A DNA stretch of 64,000 bases, from assembly GCA_040290255.1 (NCBI GenBank), contig PSMU01000002.1, positions 128,001-192,000 on the forward strand. Direction: 5' to 3'. This DNA is from Nitrososphaerota archaeon. Its GTDB lineage: Archaea; Thermoproteota; Nitrososphaeria; PSMU01. Positions 47,757 through 55,449 of the stretch are shown here, piece after piece. Position 1 is the stretch's first letter. Every line of letters starts with the position of its first letter. A program made the translations under genes and the position numbers. The notes beneath the pieces were generated by a model. The model made no database searches, had not been told where the DNA came from, and saw only the letters and a program-made list of their open reading frames with translations.

Positions 47757-48095
47757 TCAGCCCAAGGGCAGGCCGAGATGGTGCGTCAGCAGGTGGCGAT
47801 ACTCCCCCGGCGGCATTAGGTTTCCACAGGCCCTCTGCACCACTTCGCTGAGTGCCGGATGTATATGCATGGCTTGAGCCACATGCCTCGTCCTCGCCTG
47901 CATGTGCATCTCGGTAACGAGCTCCTGAATCAGCGAGGAGGCATAGGGGCCTATGATGTGGGCCCCCAAAATCTTCAGCGAGCTGCGCTGTACGATGACC
48001 TTCACGAAGTAGTCCTTAAGGCCCATGGCCTCCCTCTTCGCCGGGTCCTCGTAGCGGTAGAAGCCTATCAGCAGGTCGTCGGGGCCGTACTTCGC
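47757..48095 (-). pseudogene. C-terminal dimerisation-domain remnant of dihydrolipoamide dehydrogenase-like flavoprotein
   Basis: FVKVIV...KILGAHIIGP.AS.LIQE and HIHPALSEVV are present; FAD/NAD domains and CxxxxC are absent. Confidence 0.78.
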
Positions 48096-48099
48096 GCTC

Positions 48100-48288
48100 G
48101 CCTCGCCCTCCCAGCTTGAGGCCATAAGGCAATTCGTGGCTGAACTCGAGGAGCAGGCTTCGCGCATGAGGAACTCCTCGAACCTGCTCGATGCCCTGCA
48201 GGGCCTTTCCCTCCTAGGGTCCAACTTTAGGCTCTCGGAGATCTTGATTAAGGACAAGAACTGGACGTTAAAGTTCACGAGGGCTTAG
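48100..48288 (+). pseudogene. 3' remnant of an unidentified gene
   Basis: Host-like codon frame SQLEAIRQFVAELEEQ...FRLSEILIKDKNWTLKFTRA-stop, whose coding-like 5' part follows an in-frame TAG at 48058 with no start codon. Confidence 0.4.
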
Positions 48289-48307
48289 CGCCCAAGGCCC
48301 TAAGACC

Positions 48308-48481
48308 CTATTTCTCTTCTACTCGCTCGGGCCCCGCAGGGGGCAGCACGAGCGCCCTAGCGCCCGAGGCCAGCACTACGATGACATAGCCGCAGGCCGT
48401 GCAGCGGTAGTACTTATTATAACCCTCCTCGCTCTTCTGGTCCCCCAGAAACTCCAGCTCCTCATGTGCACAATCCTTCAC
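48308..48481 (-). CDS. Small (57 aa) zinc-ribbon-like protein, missed by the ORF track
   Basis: Manual translation: MKDCAHEELEFLGDQKSEEGYNKYYRCTACGYVIVVLASGARALVLPPAGPERVEEK, with CxH...CxxC. Confidence 0.65.
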   Translation of the reverse strand: MKDCAHEELEFLGDQKSEEGYNKYYRCTACGYVIVVLASGARALVLPPAGPERVEEK

Positions 48482-48527
48482 TACATATCATGTGCCGCTA
48501 CACCTAGATATGCCTAGCGGTCGGCGC

Positions 48528-48944
48528 TCATGCCTTGAGCTCCGCTGACTGGGCTATGCGCCTTAGCGTCAGGCCCACGGCGGCCAGCCCCACCGCATGT
48601 GCGAGCGTGCAGAAGGAACAGATCGCCTTGAGCACGAACAGCTCTATTGAGATGAAGTAGACGGCGCCCAATAGGCCCACCGCGCTGAGCAGCAGTAGGA
48701 GCGCCCTCGGCGGGTTGGGCATGGCCTGAGTCCAGCCCAGCGCTAGGAACCAGAGCGCGGCTACAAAGGAGACCGGCACGCCAAGCAGCCTTGAGTAGCT
48801 GCTCGTGAGCACGACGGCGCAGTTCAGCATGGTGCCCGGCGCGCAGGAGGCGAGCGCGGAGGTTTCAAAGAAGGTCAGGTACAGCGCATCGCCCAGCCCC
48901 ACGGCGCAGAGCCCGGCCACGAGGGCGCGCTCAGCGGCGCTCAA
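48528..48944 (-). CDS. Vitamin K epoxide reductase (VKOR) family protein
   Basis: Loop C-x7-C followed by VLTSSYS..LGVP; TM CSFC..AH. Confidence 0.88.
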   Translation of the reverse strand: MSAAERALVAGLCAVGLGDALYLTFFETSALASCAPGTMLNCAVVLTSSYSRLLGVPVSFVAALWFLALGWTQAMPNPPRALLLLLSAVGLLGAVYFISIELFVLKAICSFCTLAHAVGLAAVGLTLRRIAQSAELKA

Positions 48945-49662
48945 GGCTCTCGACCTCCGCCAGCGCGACGGCGCGCTGGAGCAGCCCTGAGGTCCTGCCC
49001 AGGAGCTGATCTAGGGCCTTGGCTATGAGCGCCGCCTCCCTCGAGACCGCATCGTAGATGGGCCCCTGCTTCGCCTCCAGCTGCGCCTTCACCTCATCGA
49101 AGCTCTTCCCCACCAGCAGGCTCGGGTCAACGCCGCTGCCCACCCTGTAATACTTGCCGCCTATGCAGAGAAAGGGGATGCTACGGCTCGGGTCATACCT
49201 CTGCAGCAGCTGCTGCGCCAGCGCGGAGAGGTTCTGAAGGGGAGTCCCAAACCGATCCTGAATCTCGTAGGCCTCAAAGGCCACTACATCGCTGCTGTAG
49301 ATGGCGTTCACGAAGGTGTACGTGGGCAGGTTGGGCAGCGAGGGCTCTATGGAAGCGGGCGCGCTCGTGGTGGGCTGCAGGTGACTCCATGTCCCGTACT
49401 TGGAGAGGGCCATCACAATGGCCCATCTTTCGGCCGCACAAAAGGGGCAATACTCGGCCCCGACGTAGAGCACTAGCACCTTGCCGTCCTTGAAGAGAAG
49501 CTGTGCGCTGGCGTCGTAGACCAGGCCCGAGGGGCCGGACCTGCCCAAGAGCGCAAAGGCCGCCACTAGGCCTAGGAGGGCGGCGATGAGAAGCAGATAG
49601 GGAGTTCGCTTAATATGCCGCCGCGCCAGGGGCTCCCTCCCCCGCCCTCGCCTCGCCGGCAT
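48931..49662 (-). CDS. DUF929-family membrane-anchored thioredoxin-like protein
   Basis: N-terminal TM; YVGAEYCPFCAAERW, PTYTF and SIPF motifs. Start refined to ATG 49662. Confidence 0.8.
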   Translation of the reverse strand: MPARRGRGREPLARRHIKRTPYLLLIAALLGLVAAFALLGRSGPSGLVYDASAQLLFKDGKVLVLYVGAEYCPFCAAERWAIVMALSKYGTWSHLQPTTSAPASIEPSLPNLPTYTFVNAIYSSDVVAFEAYEIQDRFGTPLQNLSALAQQLLQRYDPSRSIPFLCIGGKYYRVGSGVDPSLLVGKSFDEVKAQLEAKQGPIYDAVSREAALIAKALDQLLGRTSGLLQRAVALAEVESLERR

Positions 49663-49754
49663 GGCCGTCCTGCCAAAGCGAGGCCTGTTTAAGGGCTTTA
49701 GCGGCGGTCCCTTGACTCGCCCAGGGCAAGGCTGATAAAACAGCCCCGCAGAAG

Positions 49755-50960
49755 ATGAACGTGAAGGAGGAGCGCGAGGCCTACATAGTCTCGGCCGCGA
49801 GGACGCCCATTGGCGTGCTGCTGGGAAGCCTAAGGGGCCTGAGCGCGGCCAAGCTTGGGGGAATCGCGATTCAGGCCGCACTGAAGCGCGCGGGCCTGGA
49901 GGGAAAGGAGGTGCAGGGCGTGGTCATGGGCAATGTGCTTCAGGCAGGGCTGGGGCAGAATCCGGCGAGGCAGGCCGCATACTATGCGGGCTTGCCCGAA
50001 AGCGTCAACGCCTACACCGTGAACCTAGTATGCGCCTCCGGCATGATGGCCATAGCGAACGCCCACAACGAGATACGCCTGGGCTATAGGGATGTGATGG
50101 TGGCGGGGGGCATGGAGAGCATGAGCAACGCCCCCTTCCTCCTGTCCGCCGAACTTAGGAGCGGCCTGAGGTTCCTATACCAGCTGCGCGTGCCCCTGGT
50201 CGATGCGATGACCTGGGACGGGCTCATCGACTTCAGAAGCGGCAGGAGCATGGGCGAAATAGCCGAACGCCTTGCCAGGGAGAGAGGGCTCTCGAGGAGG
50301 GAGCTCGACGAGTTTGCCTACCTCAGCAACCTGCGCGCGGCCGAGGCCTGGGATGAGGGGCTCTTCGCGGAGGAGGTGGTGCCCGTTGAGCTGGAGGCGC
50401 AGGGGCAAAGAAAGCAGGTGACCCAAGATGAAGGCATTAGGAGGGATACCAGCCTCGAGAAGCTGCTGCAGCTGCGCCCGGCCTTCCCGGGCGGCGACCT
50501 AGTCACGGCCGGCAATTCTCCCAAGCTCTCCGATGGGGCCTGCGCGCTCGTCCTGGCCAGCGGTCGCGCTGTTAAGGAACGGGGCCTGAAGCCGCTCGCC
50601 AGGATCCTGGGCTATAGCTGGGGCGCCCTGGACCTTGAGAACTTCCCCGAGGCGCCTATCCCCGTTACAAGGAGCCTGCTGGAAAGGCTGCGGCTTAGGA
50701 TCGAGGATTTTGACCTCATCGAGCATAACGAGGCCTTCGCCGTCTCCAGCCTGCTGGTGCTTAAGGGCCTCGGCATATCAATAGATAGGTACAACGTGAA
50801 TGGCGGCGCGATAGCGCTCGGCCATCCGCTGGGCTGCTCGGGCGCAAGGATCGTCGCCACGCTGCTGTACGCGCTTAAGGCCAGGGGCCTCAGGAGGGGG
50901 CTCGCAACGATATGCCATGGAGGAGGAGGGGCCATGAGCTTGGCCCTCGAGCTGCTCTAG
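49755..50960 (+). CDS. Acetyl-CoA C-acyltransferase (thiolase)
   Basis: GQNPARQA, VCASGM, GGMESMS, NEAFA, GHPLGCSG and ICHGGG motifs. Confidence 0.94.
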   Translation: MNVKEEREAYIVSAARTPIGVLLGSLRGLSAAKLGGIAIQAALKRAGLEGKEVQGVVMGNVLQAGLGQNPARQAAYYAGLPESVNAYTVNLVCASGMMAIANAHNEIRLGYRDVMVAGGMESMSNAPFLLSAELRSGLRFLYQLRVPLVDAMTWDGLIDFRSGRSMGEIAERLARERGLSRRELDEFAYLSNLRAAEAWDEGLFAEEVVPVELEAQGQRKQVTQDEGIRRDTSLEKLLQLRPAFPGGDLVTAGNSPKLSDGACALVLASGRAVKERGLKPLARILGYSWGALDLENFPEAPIPVTRSLLERLRLRIEDFDLIEHNEAFAVSSLLVLKGLGISIDRYNVNGGAIALGHPLGCSGARIVATLLYALKARGLRRGLATICHGGGGAMSLALELL

Positions 50961-51008
50961 CCTTCATCCCAACCGCAAAGGTTTATTTGTGGAGCGAGCA
51001 CGAGCGCC

Positions 51009-51410
51009 ATGGCAAAGTTCCCTTCTCAGGAATGGGCCGACCTTTATATGAAGGCCATCAACTCGAACCCCGCCTACGAGCAGGCCGCGAGGGACTGGGA
51101 GGGCGACTTCCTCTTCGTCATAACGCCGGATGAGCGCTTCAAGGGCGAAGCGGTGCTTTATCTAGACCTCTACCACGGCAAGTGTAGGCAGGCGCGCCTG
51201 CTGGCCAGCAGGGCCGAGAGGGGCGCGGCCTTCACGCTCGAAGGGCCCTTCTCGAGCTGGCTGGATCTGCTGCAGGGGAGGCTGGACCCCATTCAGGCCG
51301 TCATCAGCGGAAGGCTCAGGCTGCAGGGAGATATGATGAAGGTGATGAGGTATATACAGGCAGCGACGGAGCTCGTTAGGACGGCGCAGAGGGTACCGAC
51401 CGAGTACTGA
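51009..51410 (+). CDS. SCP2 sterol/lipid-binding domain protein
   Basis: FPSQEW, WEGDF and G.LDPIQA..G.L.L.GDM motifs. Confidence 0.85.
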   Translation: MAKFPSQEWADLYMKAINSNPAYEQAARDWEGDFLFVITPDERFKGEAVLYLDLYHGKCRQARLLASRAERGAAFTLEGPFSSWLDLLQGRLDPIQAVISGRLRLQGDMMKVMRYIQAATELVRTAQRVPTEY

Positions 51411-51425
51411 CCTCGTTTGCCGCGC

Positions 51426-52646
51426 CTACGCTGAGGCCTTGATGTAGCCTTCGCGGAGCAGGAGGGCCGCCAGGTAGTCGGCGAAGGAAAGCGAGCTGGT
51501 GAGCGCTGGCGATATCGCGTTGAGCACGTGCACGGAGTGCGAAGATGTGAGCAGCACCGGCTCGTCCATGAGCCTGCCATGCCTGTCGAGCAGCTGTGGC
51601 CTTATGCCCGCCGGCCCCCTGGCCAGCATCTCGGGCCTGAGGCTGGGCACGAGCCTCTTGGCCCTGGCGCAGAAGAGCGTCCTGGATAGAGAGGATAGCA
51701 GCTCCCTTGCCAGAAGCGAGAGGTTGCGAGGCCTCCAGGCCAGCCGGGCCACCTCCTGAGCCTTGAGCAGGCGGGCCGCCTCTCCCGGCCTCACGGCGCG
51801 CCACTCATAGGCTTCAAGCCCCAGGCTGGGCACGGCGTTGGGCCCCACCAGCACCTGGCCATCCGTGCGCTTAGTGAGGTGTATTCCAAGGAAGGGGTAT
51901 GAGAGGTCCGGCGCCGGATAGATGGCCGAGCGCACCAAGAAGCTATACGGCTTGCTTAATAGATAATATTCGCCCCTGAAGGGCATAACCGCATAGGGGG
52001 GGTTAAGGCCCGCCAGCCTGGCTACATGAAGGGCATGCGCCCCCGCGCAGTTCACCAACAGGCGGGCCCTGAGGGGTCCCCTGGTGGTCTCAAGCAGCAA
52101 GCCCTCGTGCTCCTTTACCGAAAGAAGCCGGGCGCCAAAGAGGTACCTGACCCCATGCGCCCTTGAGTCCTCGAAGAGCGCCCCGACGTATGCCTCGGGC
52201 TGCAGCACGGCATCCTCGGGAGCATACAGGCCCGCCAGGCCTCTAACGTGAGGCTCAAGCCCCTTAAGCTCCCTGCCTTCCACGAAGGCCACGGCCACGC
52301 CATTTGCACGGGCCCTCCTCTCCAACTCCTTCAGAACCATCAGCCCGCGCTCCTCCGTGGCCACGACCAGCGTGCCCCCCTCCCGGAGGGGGACTCCCCT
52401 CTCCCTGCAGTAGGCCTTGAGCCGCCTGGCGCCGCTCACGCAGAGCCGGGCTCGCAGTCCTCCTGGCCTGAGGTGGAAGCCCGAGTGTATGACGCCGCTA
52501 TTTCGGCCGCTGGCATGCTGGCCAGGCCTCGCCTCCTTTTCCAAGACGACGATTCGCTCCCCCGGCATCCTGAGGGAGAGCGCCCTGGCCAGCGCGCACC
52601 CTATTACGCCCGCCCCCACGATGGCCACGTCGTACTGCTCACCCAT
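51426..52646 (-). CDS. lhgO: L-2-hydroxyglutarate oxidase-like FAD oxidoreductase
   Basis: GAGVIG, HASGRNSGVIHSG, FRGEYY, YPFLGIHLT, AGIRPQ and NAISPALTSS motifs. Start ATG 52646. Confidence 0.85.
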   Translation of the reverse strand: MGEQYDVAIVGAGVIGCALARALSLRMPGERIVVLEKEARPGQHASGRNSGVIHSGFHLRPGGLRARLCVSGARRLKAYCRERGVPLREGGTLVVATEERGLMVLKELERRARANGVAVAFVEGRELKGLEPHVRGLAGLYAPEDAVLQPEAYVGALFEDSRAHGVRYLFGARLLSVKEHEGLLLETTRGPLRARLLVNCAGAHALHVARLAGLNPPYAVMPFRGEYYLLSKPYSFLVRSAIYPAPDLSYPFLGIHLTKRTDGQVLVGPNAVPSLGLEAYEWRAVRPGEAARLLKAQEVARLAWRPRNLSLLARELLSSLSRTLFCARAKRLVPSLRPEMLARGPAGIRPQLLDRHGRLMDEPVLLTSSHSVHVLNAISPALTSSLSFADYLAALLLREGYIKASA

Positions 52647-53559
52647 AGGGCTCCTCCCAATACCTCTCGTGAAGGTAGTGGTGGGCCGCATCCGGCAAAA
52701 CGGTCACCAACACCCCAGAACTGAGCTCCGAGGCCACGCGCAGGGCGGCGGCCACGTTCGCGCCCGACGAGGTCCCCACGAGCAGGCCCTCCTCCCTGGC
52801 CAACCTCCTGACCATGGCCTGGGCCTCCTTCGTGCTCACCTGCAGCACGCGATCCGCCAGCGAAGGGTCGTAGATGGCGGGCCTGAGGGAGCTGGACATA
52901 TGCTTTAGCCCCTCGATGCCGTGCAGTGGCTCTGAGGGCTGAACCTCGACGAGCCTTATGGCCCTATCGTGCTGCTTAAGCCTCCTCCCCACCCCCATCA
53001 GCGTGCCCGAGGTGCCCACGCCCGCGATAAAGTGCGTCAGCTTGCCGCCGGTCTGAGAGATTATTTCAGGCCCCGTGCCATCGTAGTGGGCCCTCCAGTT
53101 GGCCTCGTTCGAATATTGGTCCCCGTAAAAGTACCTCTTCGGCTCGGCCTCGTAGAGCTGCCGAGCAAGCTTAATGGCTCCATCGGAGCCCTCGAGCGGG
53201 TCGCTGAGCACGACCTCGGCGCCCAAGGCCCTTAAGATGCGCCTCTTGGCCTCGCTTGCATTGGAGGGGATGACGAGCTTGACCCTGTAGCCCTTGGCCG
53301 CCCCTATAAGCGCGTACGCTATGCCCGCGTTGCCCGAGCTGGCGTCGAGGATGACCTTATCGCGCGTAAGAAGTCCCTGCCGCTCCGCCTCGCTTATTAT
53401 CCTGAACACGGGCCTATCCTTGACGGAGCCGCCCGGGTTGTACCACTCGGCCTTGGCGAAGATAAGGACGCCCTGCCTGGGCTCCAGCCTGCGCAGCCTC
53501 AGCAGCGGCGTGTTCCCGATGAGCGAAAGCAGCTGCGGAGCGACATTCCTTATGGACAA
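52639..53559 (-). CDS. PLP-dependent cysteine synthase family (CysK/CysM)
   Basis: IGNTPL, NPGGSVKDR, ASSGNAG, DQYSN, GVGTSGT, IEGL and GTSSGA motifs. Confidence 0.92.
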   Translation of the reverse strand: MSIRNVAPQLLSLIGNTPLLRLRRLEPRQGVLIFAKAEWYNPGGSVKDRPVFRIISEAERQGLLTRDKVILDASSGNAGIAYALIGAAKGYRVKLVIPSNASEAKRRILRALGAEVVLSDPLEGSDGAIKLARQLYEAEPKRYFYGDQYSNEANWRAHYDGTGPEIISQTGGKLTHFIAGVGTSGTLMGVGRRLKQHDRAIRLVEVQPSEPLHGIEGLKHMSSSLRPAIYDPSLADRVLQVSTKEAQAMVRRLAREEGLLVGTSSGANVAAALRVASELSSGVLVTVLPDAAHHYLHERYWEEPYG

Positions 53560-53636
53560 GGGTCTCCCGGGCCAGCGCCGCTCGGCTCATAAGTTTTAAC
53601 GCCTGAGCTTTAAGAGGGGGCGCGCCAGGCCCGTGA

Positions 53637-55160
53637 GTGGCGCGGCAAGCCGCGAGGGGCGCATCGCTGCTCCTCCTCCTGCAGGCCCTGCGCGGGATAT
53701 CCTCCGTGATCTTCTTCGCGCTGGCCGCAAGGCTGCTGCCCAGGATAGAGGACTATGGCCAGCTCTCGGCGCTGACGCTGGTGTACAACCTGTATGGCCT
53801 CGCCTGTGGCTTAGGCCTTCCGGCCGCGGAGACCTACTATATGGCCCAGGCGCTGGGCCAAGGGCAAGCGGCCGAAGCCGCGGCCGTGCTCAGGCTAGGC
53901 CTATCGTTGGGCCTTGGCGTCAGCCTCGCGGCCGCGGCGCTGAACGCGCTCCTAGCCCTGCCCCTGGCGGCTTTTCTCCTGGGCGACCCGGGCGCAGCGC
54001 CGCTGATAGGGCTGCTCAGCCTGAGCCTCGTGCCCAGCTCGCTCTCTGGCCACCTCTATGCCGCGCTCAGGGCGCAGCGCCGCTTCCCTGAGGCCACCTC
54101 GATAGAGGCCATCGGTGTAAGCATTAGGAACGTGGGCGGCGTGCTGCTGCTGTGGCGGCTTGGACTGGCGGGCGCCCCGCTTGGGTGGGCGTTGGGGGAT
54201 GCCTGCCGATTCGTGCTTTACCTGTGGAGGACGGGGCCGCTCTTAACGCGGCGTGACCAGGCCTTCGGCGCCACAAGGCTGCTGTCCTATGCGGCCGCGC
54301 CTTACGCGAACGACCTGGTCAGCTACGTATATGGCAGCGTTGACAGGGTCCTGCTGCTGAAGCTCCTCGGGAGCAGGCCGCTGGGCCTCTATACGCCCGC
54401 GGTCACGGCGGCGCTGCTCGTCTCCAACCTCGTAGCGGCCATGGGCGATGCCCTTTTTCCCGAGCTTTCGACAAGGGCGGGCAGGGGCGATGCCAAAGGC
54501 ATGGCCAGGGTCAGCCGGCTGGCCTCCCGCTACCTGGGCCTGGGCGCCGTGCCGGCCATGATAGGGCTCGCAAGCGTCGCAACGCCCACGGTGACGCTCT
54601 TCGCAGGCCTGAGATACGAAGCCTCGGCGCCCGTATTGGCCATGGTGGCGCTGAGCCTGAGCCTCACCACCCAGGCCCTGATAGCCGGCTCCCTCTCCTT
54701 ATCGCTCGGCCTTCCCCGGTTCATCCTTTACTCGACGCTCCTGGGCTCCGCGCTGCAGGCGGCGCTCTCGCTGGCGCTGATCCCCTGGCTCTCGCTCTCC
54801 GGCGCGGCCCTGGCCAGAGCCCTTTCGGCCCTGGGCTCGTTCCTGGCCCTTCTCATGCTCCTGGCCCGCCGGTGGCCGGTGCTGCAGAGCATCGATTGGG
54901 GTTCCCTGGCCAAGGCCTATATCGCCTCGATCCCCTGCTCGTTGGCGGCGCTGGGCCTGCAGCTGCTCTATTACGGTAGGTATCTCCTGCCGGCCTACAT
55001 TTCGGCGGGCCTGGTGGCCTATCTGTTAGCCCTCAGGTCGCTGAGGGTCTGGAGGGAGGAGGATGGGAGGCTGCTGCGGGAGCTGGTGGGGGCCAGGGCC
55101 TGGCGCTTCGCCCGGCCCCTGAGGCTCCTCGCGGGGCTTGCCCACGATCAAAAGGGCTAG
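53637..55160 (+). CDS. Oligosaccharide flippase (Wzx/MOP family)
   Basis: 12 or more TM helices; EDYG, VDRVLL..LLG...GLY, LFP and LIP..GAA patterns. Confidence 0.8.
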   Translation: MARQAARGASLLLLLQALRGISSVIFFALAARLLPRIEDYGQLSALTLVYNLYGLACGLGLPAAETYYMAQALGQGQAAEAAAVLRLGLSLGLGVSLAAAALNALLALPLAAFLLGDPGAAPLIGLLSLSLVPSSLSGHLYAALRAQRRFPEATSIEAIGVSIRNVGGVLLLWRLGLAGAPLGWALGDACRFVLYLWRTGPLLTRRDQAFGATRLLSYAAAPYANDLVSYVYGSVDRVLLLKLLGSRPLGLYTPAVTAALLVSNLVAAMGDALFPELSTRAGRGDAKGMARVSRLASRYLGLGAVPAMIGLASVATPTVTLFAGLRYEASAPVLAMVALSLSLTTQALIAGSLSLSLGLPRFILYSTLLGSALQAALSLALIPWLSLSGAALARALSALGSFLALLMLLARRWPVLQSIDWGSLAKAYIASIPCSLAALGLQLLYYGRYLLPAYISAGLVAYLLALRSLRVWREEDGRLLRELVGARAWRFARPLRLLAGLAHDQKG

Positions 55161-55447
55161 GGGGAAGTATGGACGTGTATGACGCCGATGATCGAGTGCG
55201 CGCTCATGAAGAGCAGGATGACAACGCCGGCTAGGCCGAAGAGCTCAAAGGAGGACAGCGGCCGGGGCTCGGCTATCAGGTGCTGGAAGAAGAGCGCGAT
55301 CATCGCGGCCTTCACGAAGGCGAGGCCGATCAGGGAGGCCACGAGCAGCTCATAGCTGAGCTGAAGGGGAATGGTCACCAGGTACACCTCGGCCAAGGTC
55401 ACCCCTATCAGCACGGCGTACACCAGCACGTAATCCAGCACCCTCAT
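55157..55447 (-). CDS. Heme-copper oxidase subunit IV family
   Basis: Y..L...TLAE and LAFVKA.MIALFFQHL..E motifs; operon position. Confidence 0.82.
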   Translation of the reverse strand: MRVLDYVLVYAVLIGVTLAEVYLVTIPLQLSYELLVASLIGLAFVKAAMIALFFQHLIAEPRPLSSFELFGLAGVVILLFMSAHSIIGVIHVHTSP

Positions 55448-55449
55448 GG

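Noticed and set aside
52639-53559. Functional link between the cysteine synthase and the MoaD GG-Cys tail (CysO/CysM-type pathway)
   Set aside because: The genes are 20 kb apart with no JAMM or MoeB nearby; moaD context points to Moco synthesis.
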